Below the pieces are notes generated by a model. That model was not told the DNA's origin. It saw only the letters and a list, made by a program, of their open reading frames with translations, and searched no databases. DNA of 64,000 bases, taken from contig CANSHD010000001.1 in assembly GCA_947646585.1 (NCBI GenBank), positions 248,617 to 312,616 of the forward strand, written 5' to 3'. Made by a program: the position numbers and the translations under genes. Every line of letters begins with the position of its first letter. Position 1 is the first letter of the stretch. Below are positions 8,608-19,084 of this stretch, piece by piece. The DNA comes from an uncultured Alphaproteobacteria bacterium (lineage in GTDB: Bacteria; Pseudomonadota; Alphaproteobacteria; Rs-D84).

Positions 8608-10782
8608 TTATTCGGCCTTGGCCGCCTCGGCACCCGTTTTCTGGTCAATGCCGACCATGGACATGCGGGTCTTGCCGCGCTTGTCCGCGCCCAGGTATTT
8701 TACAAACACCTTGTCGCCTTCCTTGTATCCGGCGTCTTCTATTTTTTCCAGACGTTTGCCGGTGATTTCGGAAATGTGAACCATCGATTCAAATCCGTTC
8801 ATGATTTTTACGAACAGACCGAAATCCTTGACCCCCGACACCGTGCCGGCGTAAATCTGGCCGACCTCAGGCTCGGCGACGATTTCCTTGATGCGGCGGA
8901 TTGCCTCATCCGCATCTTCTTTTGCGACCGCCATAATCTTGACTGTGCCGTCGTCTTCCAGGTCAATGGTTGTGTTCGTTTCGCGTGTCAATGCCTGAAT
9001 CACGACGCCGCCTTTGCCGATAACCTCGCGGACCTTGTCCGGATTGATTTTCATCGTGTACATCTGGGGTGCGTATTCGGACACTTTCTCGCGCGGGGCG
9101 GAAATTGCCGCATTGATTTTGCCCAGAATGTGCATACGGCCGGCCTTTGCCTGTTCCAATGCCTTTTCCATGATTTCGAACGTTATGGACGTGATTTTGA
9201 TATCCATCTGCAGGGCCGTGATACCGCGGTCGGTACCGGTTACCTTAAAGTCCATGTCGCCCAGGTGGTCTTCGTCACCCAGAATGTCGGTCAATACCGC
9301 GTAATCGTCGCCTTCTTTAATCAGGCCCATCGCGATACCCGCAACCGGACGCGTCAACGGAACGCCGCCGTCCATCATGGCCAGCGTCGCGCCGCATGTC
9401 GTCGCCATGGACGAAGAACCGTTGGATTCCAGAATGTCCGATACAACGCGGATTACATAGTCAAACTGTTCGCGCGTCGGCACCATCGGGTGCAGTGCGC
9501 GCCATGCCAGGTTGCCGTGGCCCAGTTCGCGGCGCGACGGGGATTTCAGACCCTTGCATTCGCCGACGGAATAACCCGGGAAGTTATAGTTCAGGAAGAA
9601 GTCCTTTTCCTCCGCCCCGTCCAGACTTTCAATCGGCAGCGCGTCCTTGCCTCCGCCCAGTGTCAGCGACACCAGCGCCTGCGTTTCACCGCGTGTGAAC
9701 AGTGCTGAGCCGTGTGCGCGTGGCAAAACGCCCAGTTCGATTTCAATCGGACGAACCGTTTTTGTGTCGCGGCCGTCGATACGGGGTTTGCCCGCCAGAA
9801 TATTGCCGCGCATGATGCGTGCGGTGATGTTTTCAACAATTTCGTCCGCAAACGATTCCAGTGTGGATGTGGCGACGGTTGTATCCGGGAACAGTTCCGG
9901 TATCATCGCCTTGGCCGCGGCGTGGATTTCGGCCAAAGTATCCAGACGAACCAGCTTTTCCTTTATCGCCAGCGCCGCCTCGATATCGCCGGCGAATTTT
10001 TCAAACGCGGATTCCATTTCAATGTATTCCGCAGACTTTTCCGGTGTCGCCCAGCGTTCTTTGCCCGCCTTCTCGGCCAGTTCGTTGATTGCGCCAATCA
10101 CCGCCTGCTGTGCGTCGAATCCGAACTTTACCGCGCCCAGTGTCGTTGCCTCGTCCAGTTCGCCGATTTCAGATTCAACCATCAGAACGCCGTCCTTGGT
10201 CGCCGCGACAACCAAATCCATTTCGGAATCTTCCGTGAATTTGCGTGACGGGTTCAAAACGTATTTTCCATCCGCGTATCCGACACGTGCCGCCCCAATC
10301 GGACCCTGGAACGGAACGCCCGACAACGCCAGCGCCGCGCTGGACGCAATCATCGCCAGAATATCCGGCTGGTTCTTTTTATCGTACGAAAATACCTGGG
10401 CGATAATCTGAACCTTGTTCTTAAACGTTTCCGGGAACAGCGGGCGAATCGGGCGGTCAATCAAACGCGCCGTCAATGTTTCGGCGGTTGACGCCTTGCC
10501 CTCGCGGCGGTCGCGGGAACCCGGAATGCGGCCGGCCGACGCATACTTTTCCTGATAGTCGACGGTCAACGGAAAGAAATCCTGGCCCTCTACCGCGGAT
10601 TTTTCCGCGCATACGGTCGCCAGCACCATTGTGCCGCCCATCGTCGCCAGAACGGCGCCGTTCGCCTGTTTCGCCAGGCGGCCCGTCTCCAGACGCAGTG
10701 TCTCGTCCCCATACGGGATTTCAACCACGACCGGGTTGTTTAATTTATGGGTCTGCTGACCCTTTTCGTCTTTGTTAAACAT
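8608..10782 (-). CDS. pnp: polynucleotide phosphorylase
   Basis: RNase PH domains, KH and C-terminal S1 (GQIYAGTVSGVKDFGLFVKI); ~725 aa; start at MFNKDE. Confidence 0.95.
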   Translation of the reverse strand: MFNKDEKGQQTHKLNNPVVVEIPYGDETLRLETGRLAKQANGAVLATMGGTMVLATVCAEKSAVEGQDFFPLTVDYQEKYASAGRIPGSRDRREGKASTAETLTARLIDRPIRPLFPETFKNKVQIIAQVFSYDKKNQPDILAMIASSAALALSGVPFQGPIGAARVGYADGKYVLNPSRKFTEDSEMDLVVAATKDGVLMVESEIGELDEATTLGAVKFGFDAQQAVIGAINELAEKAGKERWATPEKSAEYIEMESAFEKFAGDIEAALAIKEKLVRLDTLAEIHAAAKAMIPELFPDTTVATSTLESFADEIVENITARIMRGNILAGKPRIDGRDTKTVRPIEIELGVLPRAHGSALFTRGETQALVSLTLGGGKDALPIESLDGAEEKDFFLNYNFPGYSVGECKGLKSPSRRELGHGNLAWRALHPMVPTREQFDYVIRVVSDILESNGSSSMATTCGATLAMMDGGVPLTRPVAGIAMGLIKEGDDYAVLTDILGDEDHLGDMDFKVTGTDRGITALQMDIKITSITFEIMEKALEQAKAGRMHILGKINAAISAPREKVSEYAPQMYTMKINPDKVREVIGKGGVVIQALTRETNTTIDLEDDGTVKIMAVAKEDADEAIRRIKEIVAEPEVGQIYAGTVSGVKDFGLFVKIMNGFESMVHISEITGKRLEKIEDAGYKEGDKVFVKYLGADKRGKTRMSMVGIDQKTGAEAAKAE

Positions 10783-10924
10783 TCCAAACAACATATTTTT
10801 TCTCCATGTTATTGTTGATTTTTGTGCGGAGAAAAATCATTCGTTTCTGCGTTCGCGGCGCTTTAAACGCACAAAAGAATAATTTTCAACCCCGCACATG
10901 TTGATTATAGATTATATTTGAACC

Positions 10925-10960
10925 AATGCAAATAAAATAAGCGGCCGTTGCCGCCGCTTA
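10925..10960 (-). terminator. rho-independent terminator downstream of APH-like gene
   Basis: taagcggccgttgccgccgctta hairpin followed by a T-run on the minus strand; overlaps the stop codon. Confidence 0.65.
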
Positions 10961-11692
10961 TTCATTCGCCGCCTGGTACAGGCGAATATATTCAAATACC
11001 GTTTTCATAATCAGACTGCCCGCGCCGCGCTTGTTTAAAAATTTCAGTGCGGCCATCAAATCCGTGTGCATGTCGCAAAACGCCGCACTTTCCCAGTCGA
11101 TAAACGTCACAATGTCGCCCGTGTCGGGGTTTATTGCAAAGTTTCCGCCGATATCGTTGTGGCACCATCCATAGAACATTCCGGGTTTTGCGCCGGCTGG
11201 CTTTAAACTGCGTATGGATTCTGGGTCGGAGCGCCCTATTTCGAACAAAAACGCGGCCAGCTGGGCTGCAATCTTATCCTCGTGCCGCAGGATTGTTTTC
11301 GTATCCAAATCGGCCAGTGTTTTTCCCGGAAAGAATTCGTATTTCAGCACGTCCATTCCGTTAAACCGGCGCAGTTCCATTTTTGGAATGCGCACAGGTG
11401 AAATATCACGAAACGCGTCCGCAAACATTTTTTCGCGCCGCGGTGTTTCGGCCTTGGCAGCTACCAGCGGGAATTTATATCCGATTTCATCGTCCAGAAC
11501 GACGATAATCTTTTTCATTCCTCCGTGGCCCGAATAAGTTCGAACGCGGGCGTTCGGACGCCCGGCGTCACGCCGCGCGTAATCTATGTATTGATTGATA
11601 TTGTAATTCAGGCGCGTGCGCACGCGGTGGCGCACTTTTTTATCCGGTATAAATCCGCATACAATGTTTGCCGCCGTCTGTTTTATGCCCAT
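10958..11692 (-). CDS. phosphotransferase (APH / choline-kinase-like fold) family protein
   Basis: Brenner/catalytic motif GWCHNDIGGNFAINPDTGDIVTFIDWESAAFCD; start overlaps sspB stop (TAATG). Confidence 0.6.
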   Translation of the reverse strand: MGIKQTAANIVCGFIPDKKVRHRVRTRLNYNINQYIDYARRDAGRPNARVRTYSGHGGMKKIIVVLDDEIGYKFPLVAAKAETPRREKMFADAFRDISPVRIPKMELRRFNGMDVLKYEFFPGKTLADLDTKTILRHEDKIAAQLAAFLFEIGRSDPESIRSLKPAGAKPGMFYGWCHNDIGGNFAINPDTGDIVTFIDWESAAFCDMHTDLMAALKFLNKRGAGSLIMKTVFEYIRLYQAANE

Positions 11693-12156
11693 TATTTGTT
11701 CCTGTTTTTGCGAAATTCATCCAAAGACACAACGCGGCCCGGGTCTGCGACGGTGCCGGGTTTTTCCTCCAGCGGCAGTTCCATGTCGTTGTCGGCCGCG
11801 GGCGTCGCCTTTGGGTGGAACGACAGCATAAAGTCAACGGACGGGTCTTTGAATTCGACCAGTGCGGAAAACGGCACGCGTATGAAGAACGGCCGCCCGT
11901 CAAATGTTAATTGGACACCGAATTCCTTGTCCGACACATGCAGGTTGTTATAGGAATACTGCAACACAATCGTCATTATGTCCGGATAGCGTATGCGCAG
12001 GAAATCCGGCAAAACAACACCCGCATCGCGTGTTTTGAACGTAATGAAAAAATGCGTCCCGTCGCCCAGGCCGTTAATCTGGGCATGAACCAAAGCGTCT
12101 TTGACAACGGTTTTCAGCGCGTTGTCCAACAATGTTTGATAGTCTATCTTGCTCAT
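11692..12156 (-). CDS. sspB: ClpXP adaptor SspB (alphaproteobacterial SspB-alpha-like)
   Basis: HFFITFKTRDAGVVLPDFLRIRYPDIMTIVLQYSYNNLHVSDKEFGVQLTFDGRPFFIRVPFSALVEFKDPSV follows the SspB substrate-binding domain pattern; acidic/flexible tail. Confidence 0.55.
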   Translation of the reverse strand: MSKIDYQTLLDNALKTVVKDALVHAQINGLGDGTHFFITFKTRDAGVVLPDFLRIRYPDIMTIVLQYSYNNLHVSDKEFGVQLTFDGRPFFIRVPFSALVEFKDPSVDFMLSFHPKATPAADNDMELPLEEKPGTVADPGRVVSLDEFRKNRNK

Positions 12157-12168
12157 GTTCCATAAATC

Positions 12169-13236
12169 CTATTGCACCAGTATATTATTTATTTCGCCAT
12201 CCGCGCAAGCGACAAATGCCGCGTCGCCGATATCTGCGAACACCGCCGCGTCCAGACCGGTCGCCCAAACCTGGGCGTCGGCCGCGGACAGGGCCGCAAA
12301 CAGGCGCGTGCGCGCCGCCGCGTCCAGATGCGCGGCCGCCTCGTCCAGCAGTATTATCGGACGCATGGATGTCTTTGCATGCATCAGCCGCGCATGCGCC
12401 AAAATTAAATCCAGTAAAACGGATTTTTGCTGGCCGGTGCTGGTCAAATGCGCCGGCAGGCCCAATGTGTTATTAAACACGCCAAAGTCCGATTTGTGCG
12501 GTCCGTCCAGGACCATTTTGTCGCCCTGTAACATTCTGTTCTCGTGCAGGTATGCCAGATATTTTGCCTCGGCCCCCGGGCCGTCCGTTAAAACCATGTT
12601 TTCAACCAATCCGGACACGGACACGGCGGCGGATTGTAAAAAATAATTAACCTCGCCCGCGTATTGAATGCGCGCGGCGGCGATTGCGACAGCCACGGCG
12701 GCAATCTGGGTGTCCAGCGCGTCAATCCAGCGCGCGTCACCGCCGTTTTTCAATGCCGCCGCTCGTTCCGACATTAATTTTGAAAATCGCGCCACGCGCC
12801 CGGAATGGTGGCCGTCAAACGCGGCGGCCAAGCGGTCGAAAAACGCGCGCCGTTCGGCGGCAGCATCCACAAACAGGCGGTCTTCGCGCGGGGTAATCCA
12901 CACCACACGCAGCCGCGCCCCCAAATCCGGCAGGCGCGCCGCATCGCCGTCGATGCGCGCGCGTCTGTTGGCGTCGCCTGCCGCGTATGTGACGGCAATT
13001 TCCGTATCATCACTCAATACCGCATGTGCGGAAAATCCGTTTGTTCCAAACCGCGCGATATCAGACATTGCCGCGCCGCGCATTCCGCGGTCCCCGGCCA
13101 GCATTGACACCGCCTCTAAAATGGCGGTTTTTCCCGCGCCGTTCGGGCCGGTAATAATAATATTGCGCCGACCACCGGTCTCTATTCGTCCCAGTGCATG
13201 ATTTCTAAAATCAGTTAAGGTCAGCCTTTCTATCAT
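12169..13236 (-). CDS. recF: DNA replication and repair protein RecF
   Basis: MIERLTLTDFRNH..IIITGPNGAGKTAILEAV Walker A; C-terminal signature/D-loop; start at internal MIERL. Confidence 0.9.
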   Translation of the reverse strand: MIERLTLTDFRNHALGRIETGGRRNIIITGPNGAGKTAILEAVSMLAGDRGMRGAAMSDIARFGTNGFSAHAVLSDDTEIAVTYAAGDANRRARIDGDAARLPDLGARLRVVWITPREDRLFVDAAAERRAFFDRLAAAFDGHHSGRVARFSKLMSERAAALKNGGDARWIDALDTQIAAVAVAIAAARIQYAGEVNYFLQSAAVSVSGLVENMVLTDGPGAEAKYLAYLHENRMLQGDKMVLDGPHKSDFGVFNNTLGLPAHLTSTGQQKSVLLDLILAHARLMHAKTSMRPIILLDEAAAHLDAAARTRLFAALSAADAQVWATGLDAAVFADIGDAAFVACADGEINNILVQ

Positions 13237-13297
13237 CGGCCCGATATTACAAGTATTTTTTGAAAAAAACAAGGCCGGTAATTCCGGCCCTGTGTCT

Positions 13298-14434
<1,137 letters not shown>

Positions 14435-14472
14435 TTATTTGACTATTCGGATATTGTGGTAATATTGGCGCC

Positions 14473-14808
14473 ATGAGAAACACCATAAAGCAGCATCAGC
14501 ATTTTTTAATGGCCGAAACAGACGAAACGGCGCGCAGTTCTTTTTTTCTTATCCGTATGCGCGCGGCGCGTCTGCCGGACGACCCGCAGTACGGTCTGGT
14601 CGTGACAAAGCGCATGTTTAAACACGCCGTCGACCGCAACCGGGCAAAGCGTCTGCTGCGTGACTGGATTGCGTTTAACGAGAAATGGATGCGGCCCGAC
14701 CGCGACTATATATTCATTGTCCGCCGCGATATTTTAAAGGCCACGCGCACAGACGGCCGCGTCGCGATGAAAAAAGCATTGCGGTATTTAAGCAAACTTG
14801 ATGTCTAA
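14473..14808 (+). CDS. rnpA: RNase P protein component
   Basis: RNR motif region [13 protein letters not shown]; basic 111-aa protein; immediately followed by yidD. Confidence 0.8.
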   Translation: MRNTIKQHQHFLMAETDETARSSFFLIRMRAARLPDDPQYGLVVTKRMFKHAVDRNRAKRLLRDWIAFNEKWMRPDRDYIFIVRRDILKATRTDGRVAMKKALRYLSKLDV

Positions 14809-15016
14809 AATCGCCGTCGCCCTTATCCGGTTTTACCAGAAATGCATATCGCCCGTAATCGGCGGCCGCGCGGCATGCCGTTTTACCCCGTCGTGCAGTG
14901 AATACACCCGCATCGCGATAGAGCGCTATGGCGTCATTCGTGGCTGCGCAATGGGCGCGCGCCGCATTTTGCGGTGTCGGCCGGGCGGCGGGTGCGGATA
15001 CGACCCGGTGCCTTGA
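14798..15016 (+). CDS. yidD: membrane protein insertion efficiency factor YidD
   Basis: [41 protein letters not shown] is the YidD/DUF37 signature. Confidence 0.85.
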   Translation: MMSKIAVALIRFYQKCISPVIGGRAACRFTPSCSEYTRIAIERYGVIRGCAMGARRILRCRPGGGCGYDPVP

Positions 15017-15040
15017 CAAGTTTGTCGTTTGTGGTAAAAT
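15013..15040 (+). promoter_or_regulatory. sigma70-type promoter for accBC (TTGACA-16-TAAAAT)
   Basis: ttgaca at 15013-18, taaaat at 15035-40, ~38 nt upstream of accB ATG. Confidence 0.55.
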
Positions 15041-15078
15041 TCCACCAAGATTAAAACAAAAACCATAAGGATTTTAAA

Positions 15079-15528
15079 ATGTCTTTTCGTGCAAACGTAG
15101 AAAACATGTCTAAAATAATGGACGACATGGGTATTACGGAGCTGGATTTGGAACGTCAGTTCTTATTTGGCGTTTATCGCAAACACATTCATTTGTCCAA
15201 GCAGCAGGCTGCGACCGCGGTCGCGATGCCGAATTTCCCGGTTGCGGCCGACGCAAAACAGACCAACAGCGCGCCCGCAGAAAACACCGTTACCGGATAT
15301 GCGCTGAAATCGCCGATGGTCGGCGTCGCATACCTGGCGCCGGAGCCGGGGGCGAAACCCTTTACAACGGTCGGCGCGCATATCAAAGCGGGCGATACCG
15401 TCGCATTGGTTGAGGCCATGAAGACGTTCAATCCGATTAAGTCCGACAAGGATGGTGTTGTTAAGGAAATCTTGGTCACGGACGGCGCGGCCGTTGAATT
15501 TGACCAGCCGCTGATTGTAATCGAATAA
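15079..15528 (+). CDS. accB: acetyl-CoA carboxylase biotin carboxyl carrier protein
   Basis: biotinylation motif EAMKTFNPI; Pro/Ala linker; 149 aa. Confidence 0.88.
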   Translation: MSFRANVENMSKIMDDMGITELDLERQFLFGVYRKHIHLSKQQAATAVAMPNFPVAADAKQTNSAPAENTVTGYALKSPMVGVAYLAPEPGAKPFTTVGAHIKAGDTVALVEAMKTFNPIKSDKDGVVKEILVTDGAAVEFDQPLIVIE

Positions 15529-15536
15529 TAAAAGCC

Positions 15537-16922
15537 ATGTCACAGATAAAGAAAGTTTTAATCGCGAACCGCGGGGAAATCGCCCTGCGCATAATTCGCG
15601 CATGCCGCGACATGGGCATACGAACCGTCGCGGTGTATTCGACCGTTGATAAAAACGCAATGCATGTGCAGTTGGCCGATGAATCGGTATGCATCGGGCC
15701 GGGCCCGTCGCGCGATTCTTATTTGAATGAATCGGCGATTTTGACGGCGGCGCTGCTGACCAACGCAGACGCGATTCATCCCGGATACGGATTTTTGTCG
15801 GAGCGTGCGGACTTTGCGCGCAAGGTGGCCCTGCACGGCTTGATTTGGATTGGGCCCGACGCCGACATGATTGAACGCATGGGCGACAAGGTTAATGCAA
15901 AGCGCACGGCGATTGAATGCGGCCTGCCGGTGGTGCCGGGCTCCGACGGGGCGGTGGATTCTTTGGAATCCGCACTGGCGTGGGGCGAAAAAATCGGATA
16001 TCCGGTAATGCTCAAGGCCTCTGCCGGCGGCGGCGGTCGCGGTATGCGCCCCGTTCACAATGCAGACGAGATGGCAGAGGCTTTCCAGATTACAAAACAG
16101 GAGGCGAAATCCGGCTTTGGCGATGACACGCTGTATATGGAAAAGCTGTTGCTGCATCCGCGCCACATTGAATTTCAGGTACTGGGGGACAAACACGGCA
16201 ACGTTGTGATTTTTGGCGAGCGCGACTGTTCGCTGCAGCGTAAAAACCAAAAGGTTATGGAGGAATGTCCGGCCGCGGCACTGACACAAAAACAGCGCGA
16301 CGACATGATAGAGGTCTGCAAAACGGCGGCGAAAAAGATGGGATACACCAACGCCGGCACGTTTGAGTTCATGTTTGAGGATGGAAAATTCTATTTCCTG
16401 GAAATGAACACGCGTCTTCAGGTGGAACACCCCGTGACCGAAATGGTTTACGGCGTTGATTTGGTGCGCGAGCAGATTCGCGTTGCGGCGGGCGAAAAGC
16501 TGGGCTATACCCAGTCGAACGTTGTTCCGCACGGTCATGCGATTGAATTCCGCATCAATGCCGAAGACCCCGACAACTTTACGCCGAACCCGGGCAAGAT
16601 AACGCTGTACGCGCCATCGGGTGGCCTTGGCGTGCGTGTGGACAGTGCGGTTTACACCGGATACACAATTCCGCCGACATATGATTCCATGATTGCGAAA
16701 CTGATTGTTCATGCACAGTCCCGTCCGGCATGCATCATGCGTGCCCAGCGTGCGTTGGACGAATTCGTGATAGAGGGGGTCAAAACAACAATCCCTCTGC
16801 AGCGCAGATTGCTTAACAACGGCGATGTTCGGAAATTGAAATTTGACAACCACTGGCTGGAAGAATATTTGAAATCGGACGCCGCGAAAAAAGATGCCGA
16901 GGTAAAATCGGACGAAGAATAA
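15537..16922 (+). CDS. accC: acetyl-CoA carboxylase biotin carboxylase subunit
   Basis: [28 protein letters not shown]; ATP-grasp motifs; 461 aa. Confidence 0.95.
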   Translation: MSQIKKVLIANRGEIALRIIRACRDMGIRTVAVYSTVDKNAMHVQLADESVCIGPGPSRDSYLNESAILTAALLTNADAIHPGYGFLSERADFARKVALHGLIWIGPDADMIERMGDKVNAKRTAIECGLPVVPGSDGAVDSLESALAWGEKIGYPVMLKASAGGGGRGMRPVHNADEMAEAFQITKQEAKSGFGDDTLYMEKLLLHPRHIEFQVLGDKHGNVVIFGERDCSLQRKNQKVMEECPAAALTQKQRDDMIEVCKTAAKKMGYTNAGTFEFMFEDGKFYFLEMNTRLQVEHPVTEMVYGVDLVREQIRVAAGEKLGYTQSNVVPHGHAIEFRINAEDPDNFTPNPGKITLYAPSGGLGVRVDSAVYTGYTIPPTYDSMIAKLIVHAQSRPACIMRAQRALDEFVIEGVKTTIPLQRRLLNNGDVRKLKFDNHWLEEYLKSDAAKKDAEVKSDEE

Positions 16923-16943
16923 AAAAACACCGACAATAACCAC

Positions 16944-16980
16944 CCGCAAAAATATTTATTTTTGCGGGGTTCTATTTTAC
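16944..16980 (+). terminator. rho-independent terminator after accC
   Basis: cccgcaaaaatatttatttttgcggg + T-rich tail. Confidence 0.75.
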
Positions 16981-17060
16981 GTTCGTGGTGACAAAGGTGT
17001 GTAATTGTTTGCTTCGTCCCAATTGTCACCGCGAGCGCAGCGTGGCGGTCCAGTAAATAT

Positions 17061-17088
17061 TTGCAAAGTGCAACTTTTCTGTTATAAT
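17061..17088 (+). promoter_or_regulatory. sigma70-like promoter TTGCAA-16-TATAAT (closely resembles the tRNA-Val promoter)
   Basis: ttgcaaagtgcaacttttctgttataat vs ttgcaatccgatttttctttgttataat at 36435. Confidence 0.4.
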
Positions 17089-17158
17089 TCCCAATGCATC
17101 GGGTGATACCCGGTGTGAGGTGTCATAACCTCTGAAAACATTAAAACTCCACGATTGG

Positions 17159-17169
17159 TTGGAGGCCTG
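17159..17169. repeat. direct repeat TTGGAGGCCTG = copy of tRNA-Cys 3' end (putative att site of a mini-island)
   Basis: identical 11-mer at 17569-17579, which is the acceptor/CCA end of tRNA-Cys. Confidence 0.6.
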
Positions 17170-17259
17170 TGATATATTTGAATAAACAGGACTATCGTTT
17201 TCGTAGTTATGAACCTCCAACCGCCCTTCATCAAGGCGGTGTTTTTAATTTAAAAACAA

Positions 17260-17538
17260 ATGGAGGCAAAAATGAAAAGAATAGATGAAACGGCCGGCCG
17301 TATTGGTGCGGCAATGCGGCACGCCAGAAACACATGTCACCTGCATCAGGATGACATGGCGGTGCTGTTGCGGATAACGCCGGCCGAGCTATACGCATAT
17401 GAGCGCGGTACATTAAAGATACCCCAGGACGTGCTGGAACGGGTTATTCTGATGGGCTTTAAGATGATACACGTACACAGGCTGGAGCGCCTGTACCGAT
17501 GGCGGCGGGATTTGTTTGAAAAATTAAACAACAATTAA
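17260..17538 (+). CDS. small XRE-family helix-turn-helix transcriptional regulator
   Basis: HTH-like segment DDMAVLLRITPAELYAYERGTLKIP; 92 aa; lies inside the DR-bounded segment beside tRNA-Cys. Confidence 0.5.
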   Translation: MEAKMKRIDETAGRIGAAMRHARNTCHLHQDDMAVLLRITPAELYAYERGTLKIPQDVLERVILMGFKMIHVHRLERLYRWRRDLFEKLNNN

Positions 17539-17569
17539 AAAACACCGGTCAATGCCGGTGTTTTTATTT
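17537..17569. terminator. bidirectional terminator (XRE gene / tRNA-Cys)
   Basis: aaaaaacaccggtcaatgccggtgtttttatttt. Confidence 0.75.
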
Positions 17570-17643
17570 TGGAGGCCTGGGTCGGAATCGAACCGGCATA
17601 CAAGGATTTGCAGTCCTCTGCATAACCACTCTGCCACCAGGCC
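17570..17643 (-). tRNA. tRNA-Cys (anticodon GCA)
   Basis: reverse complement folds as GGCCUGG acceptor, GGUUAUG D-loop, anticodon loop CUGCAAA, T-arm GGUUCGAUUCC, discriminator U + CCA; 74 nt. Confidence 0.9.
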
Positions 17644-17743
17644 GCGTGCCACCATACTAGGCAAAAAATAAATCCAATTCAACATAAAATTTCGCGAGTT
17701 TCCCATTTTATGATATAATCCGCTCAGGAAGAGAGTCAAATAC

Positions 17744-19084
17744 ATGAAAAAAATAGCTTTATTGGCATGCGTAATGCCTTTTTCGGCGTGGGCTGCAAAC
17801 GATTGTTTGAACCGCCAGACGGTGCCGGACGGCCCGATGTCACTGCAAGAGGTAATAGAGTTGGGACTGTGCCGCAATCCGACAACTACATCCGCATATT
17901 TGGCGGCCGAATCCGCCCGATTTGCGAAAAATGCGGGCTATGCGAACTATTTGCCCAGTGTTAACGCCGGGGCCAGTGCCGGTATTGATTACCGCAACAA
18001 GGAATGGGGTGACTGGAATTATGGCGCGTCGTTGTCGGCGTCTTATTTGATATTTGATTTTGGAAAGCGCTTGGCCGACCTGAATGCATTGGCGGCGACG
18101 TGGCGTGCAACCGGTTTTGATTATGACGAAAGCGTTCAGAATTACGTTTATGGTGTTATCGGTGCGTATTATGCATTGTTGAATGCAGACGCGGACGTGA
18201 CGTCGGCGGAAAAACTGCGCGAGGTGGCGCAGTCCGCGCGCGACATGGCGCAAAAGAAGTACAAGGCGGGTTCTGTCGCCAAGGCCGATGTGCTGAAGGC
18301 GGACACAACCCTGGCCAGTCGTGACGTCGCACTGGAACGTGCAAAAAACAACCGCGAGATTGCAAAGGGCACCCTGCTCTCAAAATTGTCTTTCCCGGCG
18401 GACCAGAACATAGAGATTATGGACATGCCGTCCGATTTCGGACGCAGCACGGAAAACAAGAGCGTTGACGAGTTAATAGAGGCCGCGCGCAAATCCCGCC
18501 CGGATTTGCTGCGTGCGACTGCGAACAAGGACGCCGCATGGCATCGCCGCAACAGTGCGTTTTTAAAAAATCTGCCGAGTATTTCGGCCACGGGCTCCAT
18601 TAACTGGAACGACACGGAATGGAATTCGTTCGCCAACGACAGCTACAAGGTGACGGGCAGCGTCGGTATCCGCGCATCCATGCCGATATTTGCGGGCTTT
18701 GCCAATTATTACGGCGTCCGCAGTGCCGAGGCGAACTATGACCGTGCCAAAGAGTCTGAGCGCGCCGCCGCAGATAACGCCGTTTTAGATATCTTTACGG
18801 CATACCAGAACTATAAAACCGCACAAAAGGTTTTATCGCAGACTGAAACGCTGCTTAAATCCGCGACCGAAAGTGAAAAGGTAACCGCCGGTATGTACAA
18901 GGTGGGGCGGGCGACCATGCTGGACTGGCAGACGGCGCAGTCCGAACTGGTTGACGCGCAAAAGCAGCATAATGCGGCCAAATACGATTTGTTTACCAGC
19001 CGCGCGTCGGTTGCGCTGGCCATCGGCGACATAAAGGCCGAACTGGATAAAGAGAGGGAGAAAAACAATGAAAAGCAAGATTAA
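17744..19084 (+). CDS. tolC: TolC-family outer membrane efflux protein (outer membrane factor)
   Basis: signal peptide MKKIALLACVMPFSAWA; duplicated OEP repeats with ..QKKYKAGSVAKADVL.. and ..YKVGRATMLDWQTAQSEL.. Confidence 0.8.
   Translation: MKKIALLACVMPFSAWAANDCLNRQTVPDGPMSLQEVIELGLCRNPTTTSAYLAAESARFAKNAGYANYLPSVNAGASAGIDYRNKEWGDWNYGASLSASYLIFDFGKRLADLNALAATWRATGFDYDESVQNYVYGVIGAYYALLNADADVTSAEKLREVAQSARDMAQKKYKAGSVAKADVLKADTTLASRDVALERAKNNREIAKGTLLSKLSFPADQNIEIMDMPSDFGRSTENKSVDELIEAARKSRPDLLRATANKDAAWHRRNSAFLKNLPSISATGSINWNDTEWNSFANDSYKVTGSVGIRASMPIFAGFANYYGVRSAEANYDRAKESERAAADNAVLDIFTAYQNYKTAQKVLSQTETLLKSATESEKVTAGMYKVGRATMLDWQTAQSELVDAQKQHNAAKYDLFTSRASVALAIGDIKAELDKEREKNNEKQD

Noticed and set aside
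8599-9708. Long antisense ORFs in the track opposite confirmed genes (e.g. 8599-9708 and 9647-10411 opposite pnp; 15558-16949 opposite accC; 37670-38497 opposite metG; 48304-48957 opposite pheT; 31697-32329 opposite gpsA)
   Set aside because: High-GC antisense frames with no start context or motifs; the opposite-strand genes have unambiguous conserved signatures
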